NCBI GenBank assembly: GCA_963767735.1
Contig: CAVYES010000006.1
Span: 480,001 to 544,000, forward strand
Length of the DNA stretch: 64,000 bases
Direction: 5' to 3'
From: Candidatus Bathyarchaeota archaeon
Lineage (GTDB): Archaea > Thermoproteota > Bathyarchaeia > Bathyarchaeales > Bathycorpusculaceae
Part shown: piece by piece, positions 37,403 to 48,874 of the stretch
Layout: each line of letters opens with the position of its first letter
Position numbering within the stretch: the stretch's first letter is position 1
The notes under the pieces: model-generated
Databases searched by the model: none
Told to the model about the DNA's origin: nothing
The model's input: only the letters and a program-made list of their open reading frames with translations
Translations under genes and position numbers: made by a program

Positions 37403-38929
37403 ATGAAAAAAGTTTGGAATACCCGTATCGGAAATATAACATTAAGTAAAATTTTGCCCATTTCAGTTCTTTGTCTCATATTACTATTTCCAAGTTTTAT
37501 TGATTGCAAAGCGGTAACCGCGACGAGCTCTAGTCCACTCACCTTCGAGAGCATCGCTCAGCCCTTTCAAGCTATTGACAATAACAACTGGTACACAGGC
37601 TCGAATGAGTCAACTCCACTGGTGGATGTGAACTATACGGAAATGATGCCTCAGGCTGATACGCTTGACCGGAGCATGGTGCTAACCTACGGAAAGGATG
37701 CAACTTCCCTCCCAACTACGGTGTCTATGCATCTTATTTACTGGTTCAATCCGGGTGGCATGAACGACTCATTTTCAAGTTACCCAAACTATAACTCGCA
37801 AGTGTTGAACTGGACGCAACTGAACGGCATAGGACTTGTGCTATCTGATACTGGAAGCTTTGGTAGCACTGCAACATGGGATACGACGTATTCGTTCAAT
37901 GGATTCGATATCATTAACGGAACTGCACAACAGTTAAGTCTTAGCCAAATTGGAAATTCAACGGATTACGCGTATATGCTCAACAATCAAGTTGGCAGCA
38001 TCTCGTATGCTAACTGTAGTGCGGCGTCAATCAGTCCCGTAACGTTATCCACTGAAAAAACTAGCTATAATGGTGACGCTGTAACCGACAGTATAGCAAC
38101 ATTCAACGTGACCATGGAAGCGCAGATAATCAACTGTCAACTGACTGCAGGAGGACCAAATACCCCTCCACTTCCACCACATCAAACTTTAAGCAACGTC
38201 CCAGTTACTCTTATGTTTCAAATTACAGAGAACTCCGCTTATACGGCGTACAAGTACGGCGTGAACGTTGATTGGAGCGCAGATAACGCTTTCCCAACTA
38301 CGGGATTGAATAATGGAGACAGCTTCAGTTTAGTATCAGCTGATAGTTTAGGTTTCACAATAATCCAAAATGCCATCGCTTCGACGCCAGTCTCCTTCTT
38401 CCCCACGGATGCTAAGAATGACAGTGCCATCTATTCGATCAACGGCACAGAAATCTGCCAAGAACTCTTCCCATTAAACTACACGATAAATGGGAGCTCA
38501 CAAACGTACAACACCACACGTTTCTACGTTCCAACCCAGAATTACGTTCAAAGCCCAGACCCCAGCCTAGCTAGGAACTCTTCCACGATGTATGTCTGCT
38601 TTGACGGATTCTACTACAATCAAAGCACAGGATTCTCATTTGACCCAACCGTAATCACCTACAACTCAGCTAATAGCACCGGTACCCCCTCTCCCACAAA
38701 TAATCCAAGTCCAAGTCCGACGCCCTCAACCACAGGTTCACAATCAAACCCAAGCCCATCAACTTTCCCAACAACGACAACAGGCACACAGGAACCTTCA
38801 CCAACGATTGCAGAGTTTCCATCGTCACTTGTAATCCTAACAATATTCATGGGAATATCACTATCTATTTCAATACTTGTAGCGTCAAGGAAAAGTAAAA
38901 TAATTCAGGCTCAGAATGCAAAAACGTAA
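37403..38929 (+). CDS. Secreted surface glycoprotein with PEF-CTERM-like sorting signal
   Basis: Signal peptide, many N-x-S/T sites, Ser/Pro/Thr linker, AEFPS + TM helix + basic tail. Confidence 0.8.
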   Translation: MKKVWNTRIGNITLSKILPISVLCLILLFPSFIDCKAVTATSSSPLTFESIAQPFQAIDNNNWYTGSNESTPLVDVNYTEMMPQADTLDRSMVLTYGKDATSLPTTVSMHLIYWFNPGGMNDSFSSYPNYNSQVLNWTQLNGIGLVLSDTGSFGSTATWDTTYSFNGFDIINGTAQQLSLSQIGNSTDYAYMLNNQVGSISYANCSAASISPVTLSTEKTSYNGDAVTDSIATFNVTMEAQIINCQLTAGGPNTPPLPPHQTLSNVPVTLMFQITENSAYTAYKYGVNVDWSADNAFPTTGLNNGDSFSLVSADSLGFTIIQNAIASTPVSFFPTDAKNDSAIYSINGTEICQELFPLNYTINGSSQTYNTTRFYVPTQNYVQSPDPSLARNSSTMYVCFDGFYYNQSTGFSFDPTVITYNSANSTGTPSPTNNPSPSPTPSTTGSQSNPSPSTFPTTTTGTQEPSPTIAEFPSSLVILTIFMGISLSISILVASRKSKIIQAQNAKT

Positions 38930-39252
38930 AAAAGATACCAGAGGTTCCTTCTGCTAATCCTTGCGACCTTGAACCTTTCACCGGCTATCATTTACAACCG
39001 TCAGAATAGCCCTTGTTAGTGAAGGCTCATAGAGGGACTTGGACAATTTTATAAACGAAACTCGGATAGGACTCCATACCTCAGCTAACTATGTGGATTT
39101 TGACTCAATGGAGTCAGATTTGATTTTGGGCAACGTTAATAAAAAAATGCCCAACCTTTTCGGAAAGTGAGTTGTGGGAATTGGGTTTCATCTGTGAGCT
39201 CGATAACTTTGGTAACAGTGCTAACTTAGAAACTTTATCCAGAGTAAAAAAC

Positions 39253-42241
39253 TCATTGTACACTTTGGTGGTTTTCTTGTTCGTTCTTGTTCTGTTTTGG
39301 AATAGCTATGGTGAATTTTGCACCTTGGCCCGGCTCGCCCTCTTCTGCTATTACCCAACCGTAGATACCCATCATTTTCTTTATGAAGAACAGCCCTAAG
39401 CCAGTATTGCTCCCGGTGCTAAAACCCTCAGTAAAAAGCTTTGGTTTGTTCTCTGCCGGAATGCCGACTCCATCATCCTCATAGACCAAGATCAACCCAC
39501 CCGACTTTTCCCGTTCGCAATGCACTTTTATGGTTGTGGCTTTTTCGCCGTATTTTCTTGTGTTATCGATGAAATTGTAGAACATTTGTCTAAGGAACGA
39601 ATCCGCCAGAACTCGCACGCCGTGGCAGTTGTTAACCACCTTGATTGTTAAGCCTGAGAAAAGAGCTACAGCCTCATCCACAGACTTTCCAACATCAACG
39701 TAACTTAACTCTTCAACACCCAGTTGCTCGTACATTTTGGCGAACTCAAAAATCTTTACCGAATCCTTAACTGCCAACTCAATCTTGCTCAATCCCTCAG
39801 CAATGTCTGCCTGATCCGCATGTTTCTTCTTGAGCAAATACGCGTAACCATTCGCCGCTGAAAGCTTGTTTCGGACATCATGTCTAGTTAGGCTGCCAAC
39901 CACACGCAACTTCTCATTCATCAACTCAATTCTAACGTTGTTTTCTTTCAGTTTCTTCTCTGCCTCCTTTCTTTCAGTGACATCTCGCTACACTGAGGAT
40001 TAGTTTTTTGCCTCCTAACTCAATTAGGCGTACATGGAGTTCTACCGGCAACAAGGATTTGGCCTTGCACACCTCCACAGACTCGAAAACTGCACTACCA
40101 TTTCTAAGTAACTCGCTAATTCTGGACTTAACTAATTTTGCAGATTCCGGGGTATCTAAATCTTGAATTTTCATTTTTGCCATTTCTTCTTTGGTGTAGC
40201 CGCGCAGCTTGTAAGCTGCCTCATTAAATTTAACAATGTTTCCATCCATATCATGCACAAAAATCGAGTCAGAAGCTAAATCAAAAATGCTGGCAGCTAT
40301 TTTCAGTTCCACTTCAGCTTTCTTGCGTTCCGTAATATCTATGACCAAACCTCTAACCCCTGTTACTCTGTTTTCAGAAAAGATAGGGCTGATCCTAACA
40401 AGCGAAGAATATGTGGCACCCTTTTTTGTAAAAAGAGTATACTCATGAGTGCCGATGTCTTCTCCTGTCAGTATCTTCTTCAGGTTTTCACTCGCTATTT
40501 CTAACTCTTCAGGAACAACAAAAGACAACATATTCAAACCCTTTTCGAACTCTTCTCGCGTAAAGCCTGTTATCTCAAAACCTTGTCTATTCAAGAATGT
40601 TATCCTACCAGTCAAGTCTGCCTCAAAAACAATCTCTGGCAAAAAATTGGCGAGTTCCCTGTACCTCACCTCACTTTTTCTCATTATCTCTTCGGCTTTC
40701 TTGAGTTCAGAGATATCGGTTACTATTCCCATAATAGCCCTATCGCCGTTGTATTCTATGAGTGCTGTGTTGATTATTGCATTAATTCTCTTGCCATCTC
40801 GCGTGATGAGCACGTATTCATATGGAGGAACGATTTCGCCTCTCATATGCTTTGAATAAGCTAACTTTAATGTTTCAACATATTCGGGGGGATTGAGAGA
40901 AAGAAAATTAAAGTTAGGAGAATAAAAGTCCTCTCTACTGTATCCCGTTATTTCTTCGCTTTTCTTGTTAGCGTAAACTACTCTGCCTTGTTTGTTTATG
41001 AAGATTATATTAGGTGATTCCTCTGCAAGTTTTTTGAATTTTTCCTCGCTTTCTTTTAATGACTCTTCAATTTTCTTGCGTTCAGTGATGTCTTCGCAGA
41101 ATGCAACTAGTTTTCCATCTGGGAGTCTTTTGGAGTTCAAACTGACTTCGATTATTGTACCGTCTCTTTTTCTAAGTCTCATTTCTCCAGCAAAATGTCC
41201 CTTTTCCTTAAGTTTGTTAAACCTGCTTCGGCTATAATGGTCTTCTTTGGGAACAGCTTGATCAGTGGTCATATTCAATAATTCTTCCCTTGAATAACCG
41301 AGCATAGTGCAGGCAGCATCATTTACATACTCATATTTTGCCTCATTATCCGCAACAAAAACAGAAACAGGAGAACTCTCCAAATAAGCCCTAAGAGTCT
41401 TCTCAGAAAGAGAAAGAGCTAACTCAGCGTTTTTGCGTTCAGTAATGTCAATTATTGATCCTTCCACAATTTCTTCTTCAGTATAAATCTTGGATGACAG
41501 TAAGCAGTTCTTGATCTCACCCTGCTTGCTAACCAGCTTTATTTCGACATCAACCAATTGCCCCATAGCTTGAAGAACTTTTACCAACTTTTCTCGCTCC
41601 GCAGCGTCTTTATAGTAAAACGTTGCCGGAGTACCCTTCATTTCTTCACGACTGTAACCGAGAATCTGAAGCAGCTTTTCATTAATATCTAAAATTTCCG
41701 AACTATGCAACCTAGTTCTAAACATTCCCACTTCAGCGGAGTTGAAAAGTCTGAGGTATTTTGCCTCTGACTCTGCAAGACGCCTTATTGAGTTCTTTCG
41801 TTCTGTTGCTTTTGCAATTGTATGGGATAGTTCAGCGTAAACTGTTTCTGGGTCACCCTGCTTGTTAATGTACGCGTCAGCGCCGAGGTTTAGAGCTTTT
41901 ATGGCTACTTCTTCTCTGCCCTTTCCAGTAAACAAGATAAAAGGAATTTCATTAGTTTGTGCACGCAGCTCTTTTAGAAACTGTAAGCCGTCCTTTTGAG
42001 GCATCTCATAATCAGAAATCACAACATCATAGTTGCCATTTGGTATTTTCTTGAAGGCTTCATCCACGCAACAAGCGTGGTCAATTTCGAAGTTGCCCAT
42101 ATCCATCAGAAGCAGCTTTGAGATTTCGAGAACGGTTGGATCATCATCTACATGCAAAATATGAATTATGTTCTTTTCGTTTGAAGGCTTTAAATTGGCC
42201 CCTTCGACGGTGACTCTGCACTCTTGTTCATACGTTTGCAA
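39253..42241 (-). CDS. REC-(PAS)n-histidine kinase hybrid, 2-bp frameshift near 39985
   Basis: ILHVDDD..SDYEMP receiver, five PAS repeats ending DITERK-like, TRHDVRNKL H-box, YEDDGVG and TGLGL. Confidence 0.9.
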
Positions 42242-42510
42242 TAGCCAAAGCTCCAGGTTACCTATGCTTGATTAAATTTGTAATAAATCAGTTATGAATC
42301 TCAAATACTGATTGCAGGTTGCTTCAATTTTCATCAAATGAAAAATGCTCGTTGTTTGCGTTTTGATTTGTTGAGTTGATTTTACGCTCTTTTATGAAAA
42401 CTCAGACATAATCCACTTTACTGGTAAAAACTTGTGGGCTGATTTTCAGAAATATTGGTAAATAAGCTACGACTGCGCCTATTTAGCAAAAATAACCTCG
42501 AAAATGGCTT
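42153..42510. repeat. ~358-bp direct repeat, copy 1 (kinase 5' end, promoter, most of a MITE-like element)
   Basis: Appears identical by eye to 48466-48823. Confidence 0.92.
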
Positions 42511-42559
42511 GCGAAAAAGCGGCGGGAGGGCGATAATAGCCCCAATTTATTAGTAAAAA
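42417..42559. mobile_element. MITE-like element copy A (right end degenerate)
   Basis: TTTACTGGTAAAAA ... GGCGGGAGGG ... TTTATTAGTAAAAA. Confidence 0.65.
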
Positions 42560-42676
42560 GCTTTTGAAGCCATTGCTAGCATACAGTCAACAAGCGCTAT
42601 AGGTACAAATCCCAGCGGCCTACCACTACACCAGAAGCTTTACAACTTTAACTTAGCAAGCAGCCTAAAACGAAAG

Positions 42677-43081
42677 CTACTTTATCTTTTCAATAGTTAC
42701 TTTGTCATCGTACTCTTGGAATGAAATTTTGAATAACTTAAAAAAATCGTATCTTCCTAATATATAGGGCACCTCATTGATCAAAGCCACTGCGATTTTC
42801 ACTTTTACCACGTTATCTTCAAGTCTAAAGCTAACATCCTGTAATGACAGTGGGACTATTGCTTCTCCTATGCCTCTGATTTGGCCTAAACAAGAGGAAA
42901 GGTCTAAGCCTAAAAGTGCCCCGAAATTCCTTGGAACAAGCGATATGTCTGCTCCCGAATCAATATACATAATCACTGGAAACCAATCACAATTTTCAGT
43001 TCCGATCTCCAACTGAGCAACAGGTCTGAGAATGTCTCCTAGAAGCCCTGATTTCTCTTTTCTGTAGACAAATTCAACCAA
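42677..43081 (-). CDS. Retropepsin-like aspartyl protease
   Basis: RPVA, IDSGAD, ILGRYDFF. Confidence 0.85.
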   Translation of the reverse strand: MVEFVYRKEKSGLLGDILRPVAQLEIGTENCDWFPVIMYIDSGADISLVPRNFGALLGLDLSSCLGQIRGIGEAIVPLSLQDVSFRLEDNVVKVKIAVALINEVPYILGRYDFFKLFKISFQEYDDKVTIEKIK

Positions 43082-43283
43082 TCAAGAGCACCAATGTATC
43101 TTCTCTCGGCACGAAAGCTAGAACAGGACGTTTCCCTGGACATTTCTTTTTGGCGCTTTCCCAAACTTCCTTTGGGTCGTATCCACTCGCCACCACTTTG
43201 TCTTCGACTATAGCAATATGTTTTCCACTGTACTTCTTGTTGATTTTATCTGCATTTGTCAGGTAGAAACTGAGTTCTTTCAT
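43074..43283 (-). CDS. DUF5678-like small protein, partner of the aspartyl protease
   Basis: KYSGKHIAIVEDKVVASG..P..P pattern; overlaps the protease start. Confidence 0.8.
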   Translation of the reverse strand: MKELSFYLTNADKINKKYSGKHIAIVEDKVVASGYDPKEVWESAKKKCPGKRPVLAFVPREDTLVLLIG

Positions 43284-43582
43284 AATGATACTTGAAGTAC
43301 AGGGATATATAAATCACTTTTTTGCAGGATCGTGCGTAACCTGAGCTGGAGCAATTTAGTAATACAAACCTTGGAGGGTCTTACGATCAGATATTCTCTT
43401 CCATGTTAACAGTACTGAAGGGGGTAAGGTAAACGTTAAAGGTTAATTCGCGCTACCCAGAATGAACCACTCTCCCATTGAATGTCTCTACTAAGAAGAA
43501 AATGGAAATGGCTTGATAGAAGAAGCAGAATTAGCGAAATCCCCCATATCTTGGTTTAAATTCCAGCAGCCTCTGTTGCTTG

Positions 43583-43725
43583 TTTTTACTGGTAAAAACT
43601 TTGCGCTGATTTCAGAAATTTCGTTGAACAAGCATAAATTGTGCTTATTTAGTAAAAATAACATCAAAACAGCCTGAAAAATTGGCGCCGGGAGGAGGCC
43701 CCCAGCACCTTTTTACCAGTAAAAA
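43583..43725. mobile_element. MITE-like element copy B, perfect 16-bp inverted ends
   Basis: TTTTTACTGGTAAAAA (43583) and TTTTTACCAGTAAAAA (43710), 143 bp. Confidence 0.8.
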
Positions 43726-44219
43726 ATGGTTAGAGTGAGCTAGAACAGACTTGCCTCCAAACCAGGTTATGATTCCCTATCGTTAACTTACTTGCTTTTA
43801 GGTAAAAGAGGCTTTAGGCAAGTTCGCCGAGTTGCCGACCTGAACAGGTTCAAATCCACAATATATATGCAACGCTTTTTCAAAAATCAGCATTTCTTTT
43901 GCTTAACCCGGGTCCGAAAGGACTTGCGCTTCCAAAAGCACATTTACACTGTATCTTTTCTTTTTTTGATAAGTTAATTTATTTTTTTGTCATAAATTTT
44001 TCATAGACTAGTTTAGTCTAGCATTCCGCTGTCGACATTCACACTACAATTTTTGCGTTTTAGCGCTCCCTCTTTTATTGTTCAGTCAGGTTTTTACGCA
44101 TAATGGTTGTTACGCACAAGTTGTTAATACTGAATTTAGTCTTCCTGTAAAGCGGATTAAGTATGAGGCGTTCCAAAATAAAAAGTGGTGGATGTTAAGG
44201 CATAAGTTGGTGTACTTTC

Positions 44220-44588
44220 ATGGAGCTAATCCAGACAGTTAAAGACTTCGATAATCTTTTAGTTCAGGTTACCGAAGAAACAATCAAATACTGTTTAGGA
44301 GACGCAAATGCCACTATTATTTGGAATTATCTTGAAAAACGAAACTGCCCGATAACCGAAGTTCCAATCAGACCTGAAATTTTTTCGGAGGAACTTAGAA
44401 ATATAATGGGTTTTGGGAGACGACAGATTCTTGGGGCGGCGGCAATACTTGAGGAAACAATACTTGAAATATTTTATAAAAAGCTGGGAATCAACTTTGA
44501 ATGTGAAAAACCAATCAATTTTTCATACCAAGTTAGAAAATTACGTAATCAATACAAAACCGGAGACATACGGAGGTGGGAATTATGA
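44220..44588 (+). CDS. Small helical signalling-associated protein (DUF3227/NitrOD5-like)
   Basis: EETIKYCLG..IIWNYLEK..PEIFSEELRNIMG..ILEETI pattern; first gene of the regulator operon. Confidence 0.6.
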   Translation: MELIQTVKDFDNLLVQVTEETIKYCLGDANATIIWNYLEKRNCPITEVPIRPEIFSEELRNIMGFGRRQILGAAAILEETILEIFYKKLGINFECEKPINFSYQVRKLRNQYKTGDIRRWEL

Positions 44589-45037
44589 CAATTGAAAAAT
44601 CCCGAATCCTAATTGTAGATGATGACAATGAGATAACCGAGTCTCTAAGTAGAGTGTTGGAATCTGAAGGGTACCGAACCGATGTAGCTCACACCGTAAA
44701 AGAGGCGATTGAAAAGTCTTACGAAAACGATTACAATTTGACAATTCTAGACATCAAGCTCCCGGATGGGGAAGGCACATGCATTCTAAAGTTGCTGGAG
44801 GAGATTTCGCCGAAGACGATGAAGATCATGCTAACTGGACACCCGATATTAGAAAACGCCGTTAATTCTTTGAATTATGGTGCAAATGCCTACATGATTA
44901 AGCCCGTAGATTTAGATTCCCTTTTAAAGACAATAAAAGACAAAATTGAAGAGCAGAGAGCTGCTGAAACAGCTACTGAAGAAAGTATCGCCATCTTTTT
45001 GCAAACCAGAACAAAAAAACTATTAACGATGAAATAG
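44585..45037 (+). CDS. Response regulator receiver protein
   Basis: ILIVDDD, LDIKLPDGEG, LTGH, KP. Confidence 0.92.
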   Translation: MTIEKSRILIVDDDNEITESLSRVLESEGYRTDVAHTVKEAIEKSYENDYNLTILDIKLPDGEGTCILKLLEEISPKTMKIMLTGHPILENAVNSLNYGANAYMIKPVDLDSLLKTIKDKIEEQRAAETATEESIAIFLQTRTKKLLTMK

Positions 45038-45071
45038 GCTATCCGCCAGAGATTTGGAGTTGCATAAGAAA

Positions 45072-45656
45072 ATGACTCAAGTAATTGGAAAAGAGGATAA
45101 ACCAACCAGAATATTAGTTGAAGAGGACATAAACATGAGAGCAACAGTAGATGCTGTCCTCAAGAAGAATGGGTACTGCATCAATCTTGCTGCTATCCAA
45201 AGCGAAACAGCAACGCGAACCGTTGATGTCCCATTTAATTCGGCTGTAAAAGATGATCGGTTTCCAGACGTGGAACGCATAACGCACTCGCTTCTAAAAG
45301 TTCAAGAAATCACGGAGGCTACTCACTTGCTTTGGCCAAACGAAAAAACCGCAACAAAAATAACCACTGATACCGTCGAAATCATAAATCAAGCTTGCAA
45401 GAAAAATTTCTCATTTTGCAACGGAAAAAGCTTAAAATGCCTAATGGGCGGATTATTCTATCTTCTAGGCTTCAGGTATGATGATCCAAAGAAACAAATA
45501 GAAATAGCATTCGTTCTTCAAATAACGGATGTCTCAGTAAGATCATCTTACAAAAGGTGGTTTAGAGAGTTTCCAGAGTTGTTTCAAAGCGCAATAACAA
45601 AGCTTCCGGAACAAGAGTTTCGTTGTCGTCGTTATCCTATTTCGCGTTCGCAATAG
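45072..45656 (+). CDS. Degenerate receiver-like N-terminus fused to a TFB C-terminal cyclin/HTH-like domain
   Basis: RILVEED..LKKNGY..KDDRFPD; GKSLKCLMGGLFYLL..QIEIAFVLQITDVSVRSSYKRW resembles TFB repeat 2. Confidence 0.6.
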   Translation: MTQVIGKEDKPTRILVEEDINMRATVDAVLKKNGYCINLAAIQSETATRTVDVPFNSAVKDDRFPDVERITHSLLKVQEITEATHLLWPNEKTATKITTDTVEIINQACKKNFSFCNGKSLKCLMGGLFYLLGFRYDDPKKQIEIAFVLQITDVSVRSSYKRWFREFPELFQSAITKLPEQEFRCRRYPISRSQ

Positions 45657-45875
45657 CGGACTTCGCATAATGGACGGCTGGAAAAACGAAGTTAGTAAAT
45701 TAAATAACCAAGGGCCGATTCAAGACTTTTGATTAAATTTTGCACAAGCTACAGACGACGCGTTATTAAGTTTGTCCAATCAAACCGTGGCGGGTCATTT
45801 CAAGAAAGTGGCTCCTGGAATGGGTTTCATCCTTGAGTTTAGTAACTTTGGCAACTTAAAAAATATGGGAAAAAC

Positions 45876-48554
45876 TTATTGTGCAATTTGGTAGTTTTCT
45901 TTTCCATTATTGTTTAATTTTGGAATGATTATTGTGAATTTTGCTCCTTTACCCGGTGTACCGTTCTCTTGAATTTGCCAGCCGTAAACATCCATCATTT
46001 TTTTAGTCAAAAATAGCCCAAAGCCTGTGCTGCCTCCAGTGCTGAAACCCCCCGAGAAAAGACGCGGCTTATTCTCAAAAGGCACGCCTACTCCATCATC
46101 CTCATAAACCAACTTCAGGCTTTCTTGATCACCCCTTTCAAAGTACACTCTGATAGTTGTGGTTTTTTCACCGTATTTTCTTGTATTATCAATAAAATTA
46201 TAGAACATCTGCCTAAGAAAAGAATCCGCAAGCAATGTTAATCCGTGACATTCATTAATCATCTTTGGGACGGGCGCTGAAAAAAGAGCAGTTGCTTCCT
46301 TTAGTTTCTGTTCTGCATCAATGTAAGTTATTTCTTCCTCACCCATTTGTTCGTACATTTTGGCGAAATCGAAAATCCTAACAGTCTCTTTAATAGCGTT
46401 CTCTATCTTGCCTAAATCATCAACAATATCAGCCTGGTCACTATGCTTTTTCTTAAGCAAATAAGCATAACCATTTATCCCTGAAAGCTTGTTGCGGACG
46501 TCGTGCCTAGTTAAACTTCCAACCACTCGAAGTTTTTCATTTAATAGCCCGATTTTATCCAAACTATTCGACAACGATTCTAAAGAAAACGTCAAGTCAG
46601 CCTCTGTATTTTTTTGGTTGATAATGTCTGTAGCAATACTGGCCGCCCCAACAAATCCCCCGTCTTCATTGAAAATAGGTGTTCGATTTAAAATTACTGG
46701 CACCACTGACCCGTCTATGTTCTTATGTGAAATTTCAGTTGACCAGCTTTCACCCGCCCTTAACCTTTTAGTGGCTCCCTCTGCTTCTTCTGGTGAAGTA
46801 CCAAATAGATCAGTAACTTCGCGACCCAGTGCTTGTTCTTCTGACCAACCATAGAGTTTTTCTGCTGCTTTATTCCAAAAGCGAATTGTTCTGTTACTAT
46901 CCGCCATTATGACAGCTTGCCCAACGTGATTTAGCAAATCAGCCTGAAATTTAACGGATTCTTCAGTTTTCTTGCGTTCAGTAATGTCTTCGAATACGGC
47001 TGCAAAAAAACCTTTTCTCGGTGAATAAACTGAGACATTCAGCCAAATATTTAGGGGTTTGAAGAAAATTTCAAACTTTTCTTTTTGACCGGTGACTGCA
47101 ACTCGTCCGTAAATTTCAAAAAGCTCTGGAGTAGTCTCTTTAATTCCTGGTATTGCAAGAGTTACTTTTTTTCCGATAACTTTGTCTTTTTTCAAACCTG
47201 TTATTTGTTCAAATGCCTCATTAATTTGAAGATATACAAAATCATCAGGCTTTCCAGATGCGTCAAATATCATTTGGCAAAATGCAAAACCATCGATCAT
47301 GTTCGAGAAAAGAGAACTATAGTCTTCTTCACTTTTTCTTAACGTTCCCTCAAATTTCTTGAGTTCAGTAATGTCGCGTACAGTAGCCTGCAACACTTCT
47401 CGACCTTTCAGCGGCATTCTTGTTAAAAGTACGTCTGCAGGAAAAGTTGCACCATCCACTCGCTTGTGAATCCAGAAAAAGTGATCGGTACCTGCCTGAA
47501 AACCCTTTTTGATGTGACTCATGGCGGCGTCCATGGATGGTGTGCCGTCTGGTTGAGTTGGAGGAGACAAATCTGATGGATGAAACTTTGTAAACTCCTG
47601 CAATGACTTGCAGCCAAACAATCCGAGCGTAGCTTTGTTGCAGTCAAAAAAACCCTTCTCGTCAAGCAACATTAAAGCATCCATTGATGACTCGAACGTT
47701 GTTTGGTATTTCTCTTCGCTCTCCTTTAGCTTCTCTTCAGCTTCCTTGCGTTCACTGATGTCGATGATTGTTCCTTCTATTATTCCTTGTTCAGGGTAGA
47801 GCTTGAGTGAGGTTAGACAATTTCTGATTCCGTGATGTTTATGTAGCATTTTGCATTCGAAATCTTTAACATACCCGTTGGCTTGGAGCAGGCGAACCAT
47901 CTCTTGTCGCTTAAGTGGGTCAGCCCAAAAACTCGTCGAATGCTTTCCCCGCATTTCTTCACGGGTAAGACCAAAAATACTTAGATATTTCTCGTTGAAG
48001 TCAAGAATTTCAGACCCATCCAGCTTAGTTCTGAACATTCCCACTTCGGAGTTATTAAAAATATTCTGGTACTTTAACTCTTTATCAGTTAGCTCTCGTT
48101 TGGATTTCCAGTGTTCCACGCCTAGTTTCATGCCGTGGACAAGTTCGCCATAGACAGTCTCGGGATTGCCTTGCTTGTTGAAGTAACCGTCTGCGCCAAG
48201 GTTTAGTGCTTTTATGGCTACTTCTTCTCTTCCTTTTCCGGTGAACAAGATGAAAGGGATGTTATTGTTCTGTTTACGCAACTCAGTTAGGAACTCGAGG
48301 CCGTTTTTTTGGGGCATTTCATAATCAGAAATGACAACATCATATTGCCCCGTTGACAGTTTCTTGAGGGCTTCATCTACGCAACAAGCGTGGTCAATTT
48401 CGAAGTTGCCCATATCCATTAGGATTAGCTTTGAGATTTCGAGAATAGTTGGGTCATCGTCAACGTGCAAAATATGAATTATGTTCTTTTCGTTTGAAGG
48501 CTTTAAATTGGCCCCTTCGACGGTGACTCTGCACTCTTGTTCATACGTTTGCAA
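45876..48554 (-). CDS. REC-(PAS)4-histidine kinase hybrid
   Basis: Receiver, four PAS repeats, TRHDVRNKL H-box, HATPase boxes. Confidence 0.93.
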   Translation of the reverse strand: MQTYEQECRVTVEGANLKPSNEKNIIHILHVDDDPTILEISKLILMDMGNFEIDHACCVDEALKKLSTGQYDVVISDYEMPQKNGLEFLTELRKQNNNIPFILFTGKGREEVAIKALNLGADGYFNKQGNPETVYGELVHGMKLGVEHWKSKRELTDKELKYQNIFNNSEVGMFRTKLDGSEILDFNEKYLSIFGLTREEMRGKHSTSFWADPLKRQEMVRLLQANGYVKDFECKMLHKHHGIRNCLTSLKLYPEQGIIEGTIIDISERKEAEEKLKESEEKYQTTFESSMDALMLLDEKGFFDCNKATLGLFGCKSLQEFTKFHPSDLSPPTQPDGTPSMDAAMSHIKKGFQAGTDHFFWIHKRVDGATFPADVLLTRMPLKGREVLQATVRDITELKKFEGTLRKSEEDYSSLFSNMIDGFAFCQMIFDASGKPDDFVYLQINEAFEQITGLKKDKVIGKKVTLAIPGIKETTPELFEIYGRVAVTGQKEKFEIFFKPLNIWLNVSVYSPRKGFFAAVFEDITERKKTEESVKFQADLLNHVGQAVIMADSNRTIRFWNKAAEKLYGWSEEQALGREVTDLFGTSPEEAEGATKRLRAGESWSTEISHKNIDGSVVPVILNRTPIFNEDGGFVGAASIATDIINQKNTEADLTFSLESLSNSLDKIGLLNEKLRVVGSLTRHDVRNKLSGINGYAYLLKKKHSDQADIVDDLGKIENAIKETVRIFDFAKMYEQMGEEEITYIDAEQKLKEATALFSAPVPKMINECHGLTLLADSFLRQMFYNFIDNTRKYGEKTTTIRVYFERGDQESLKLVYEDDGVGVPFENKPRLFSGGFSTGGSTGFGLFLTKKMMDVYGWQIQENGTPGKGAKFTIIIPKLNNNGKENYQIAQ

Positions 48555-48823
48555 TAGCCAAAGCTCCAGGTTACCTATGCTTGATTAAATTTGTAATAAA
48601 TCAGTTATGAATCTCAAATACTGATTGCAGGTTGCTTCAATTTTCATCAAATGAAAAATGCTCGTTGTTTGCGTTTTGATTTGTTGAGTTGATTTTACGC
48701 TCTTTTATGAAAACTCAGACATAATCCACTTTACTGGTAAAAACTTGTGGGCTGATTTTCAGAAATATTGGTAAATAAGCTACGACTGCGCCTATTTAGC
48801 AAAAATAACCTCGAAAATGGCTT
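48466..48823. repeat. ~358-bp direct repeat, copy 2
   Basis: Offset 6313 bp from copy 1. Confidence 0.92.
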
Positions 48824-48874
48824 ACAAAAAATGGCGACGGGAGGGGGATCCCAGCACCTTTTTACCAGTAAAAA
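48730..48874. mobile_element. MITE-like element copy C
   Basis: TTTACTGGTAAAAA ... GGGAGGGGGATCCCAGCACC TTTTTACCAGTAAAAA. Confidence 0.75.

Noticed and set aside
42601-42625. AGGTACAAATCCCAGCGGCCTACCA resembling a tRNA 3' end or att site
   Set aside because: T-stem does not pair, no 5' half, no partner repeat or integrase in the window
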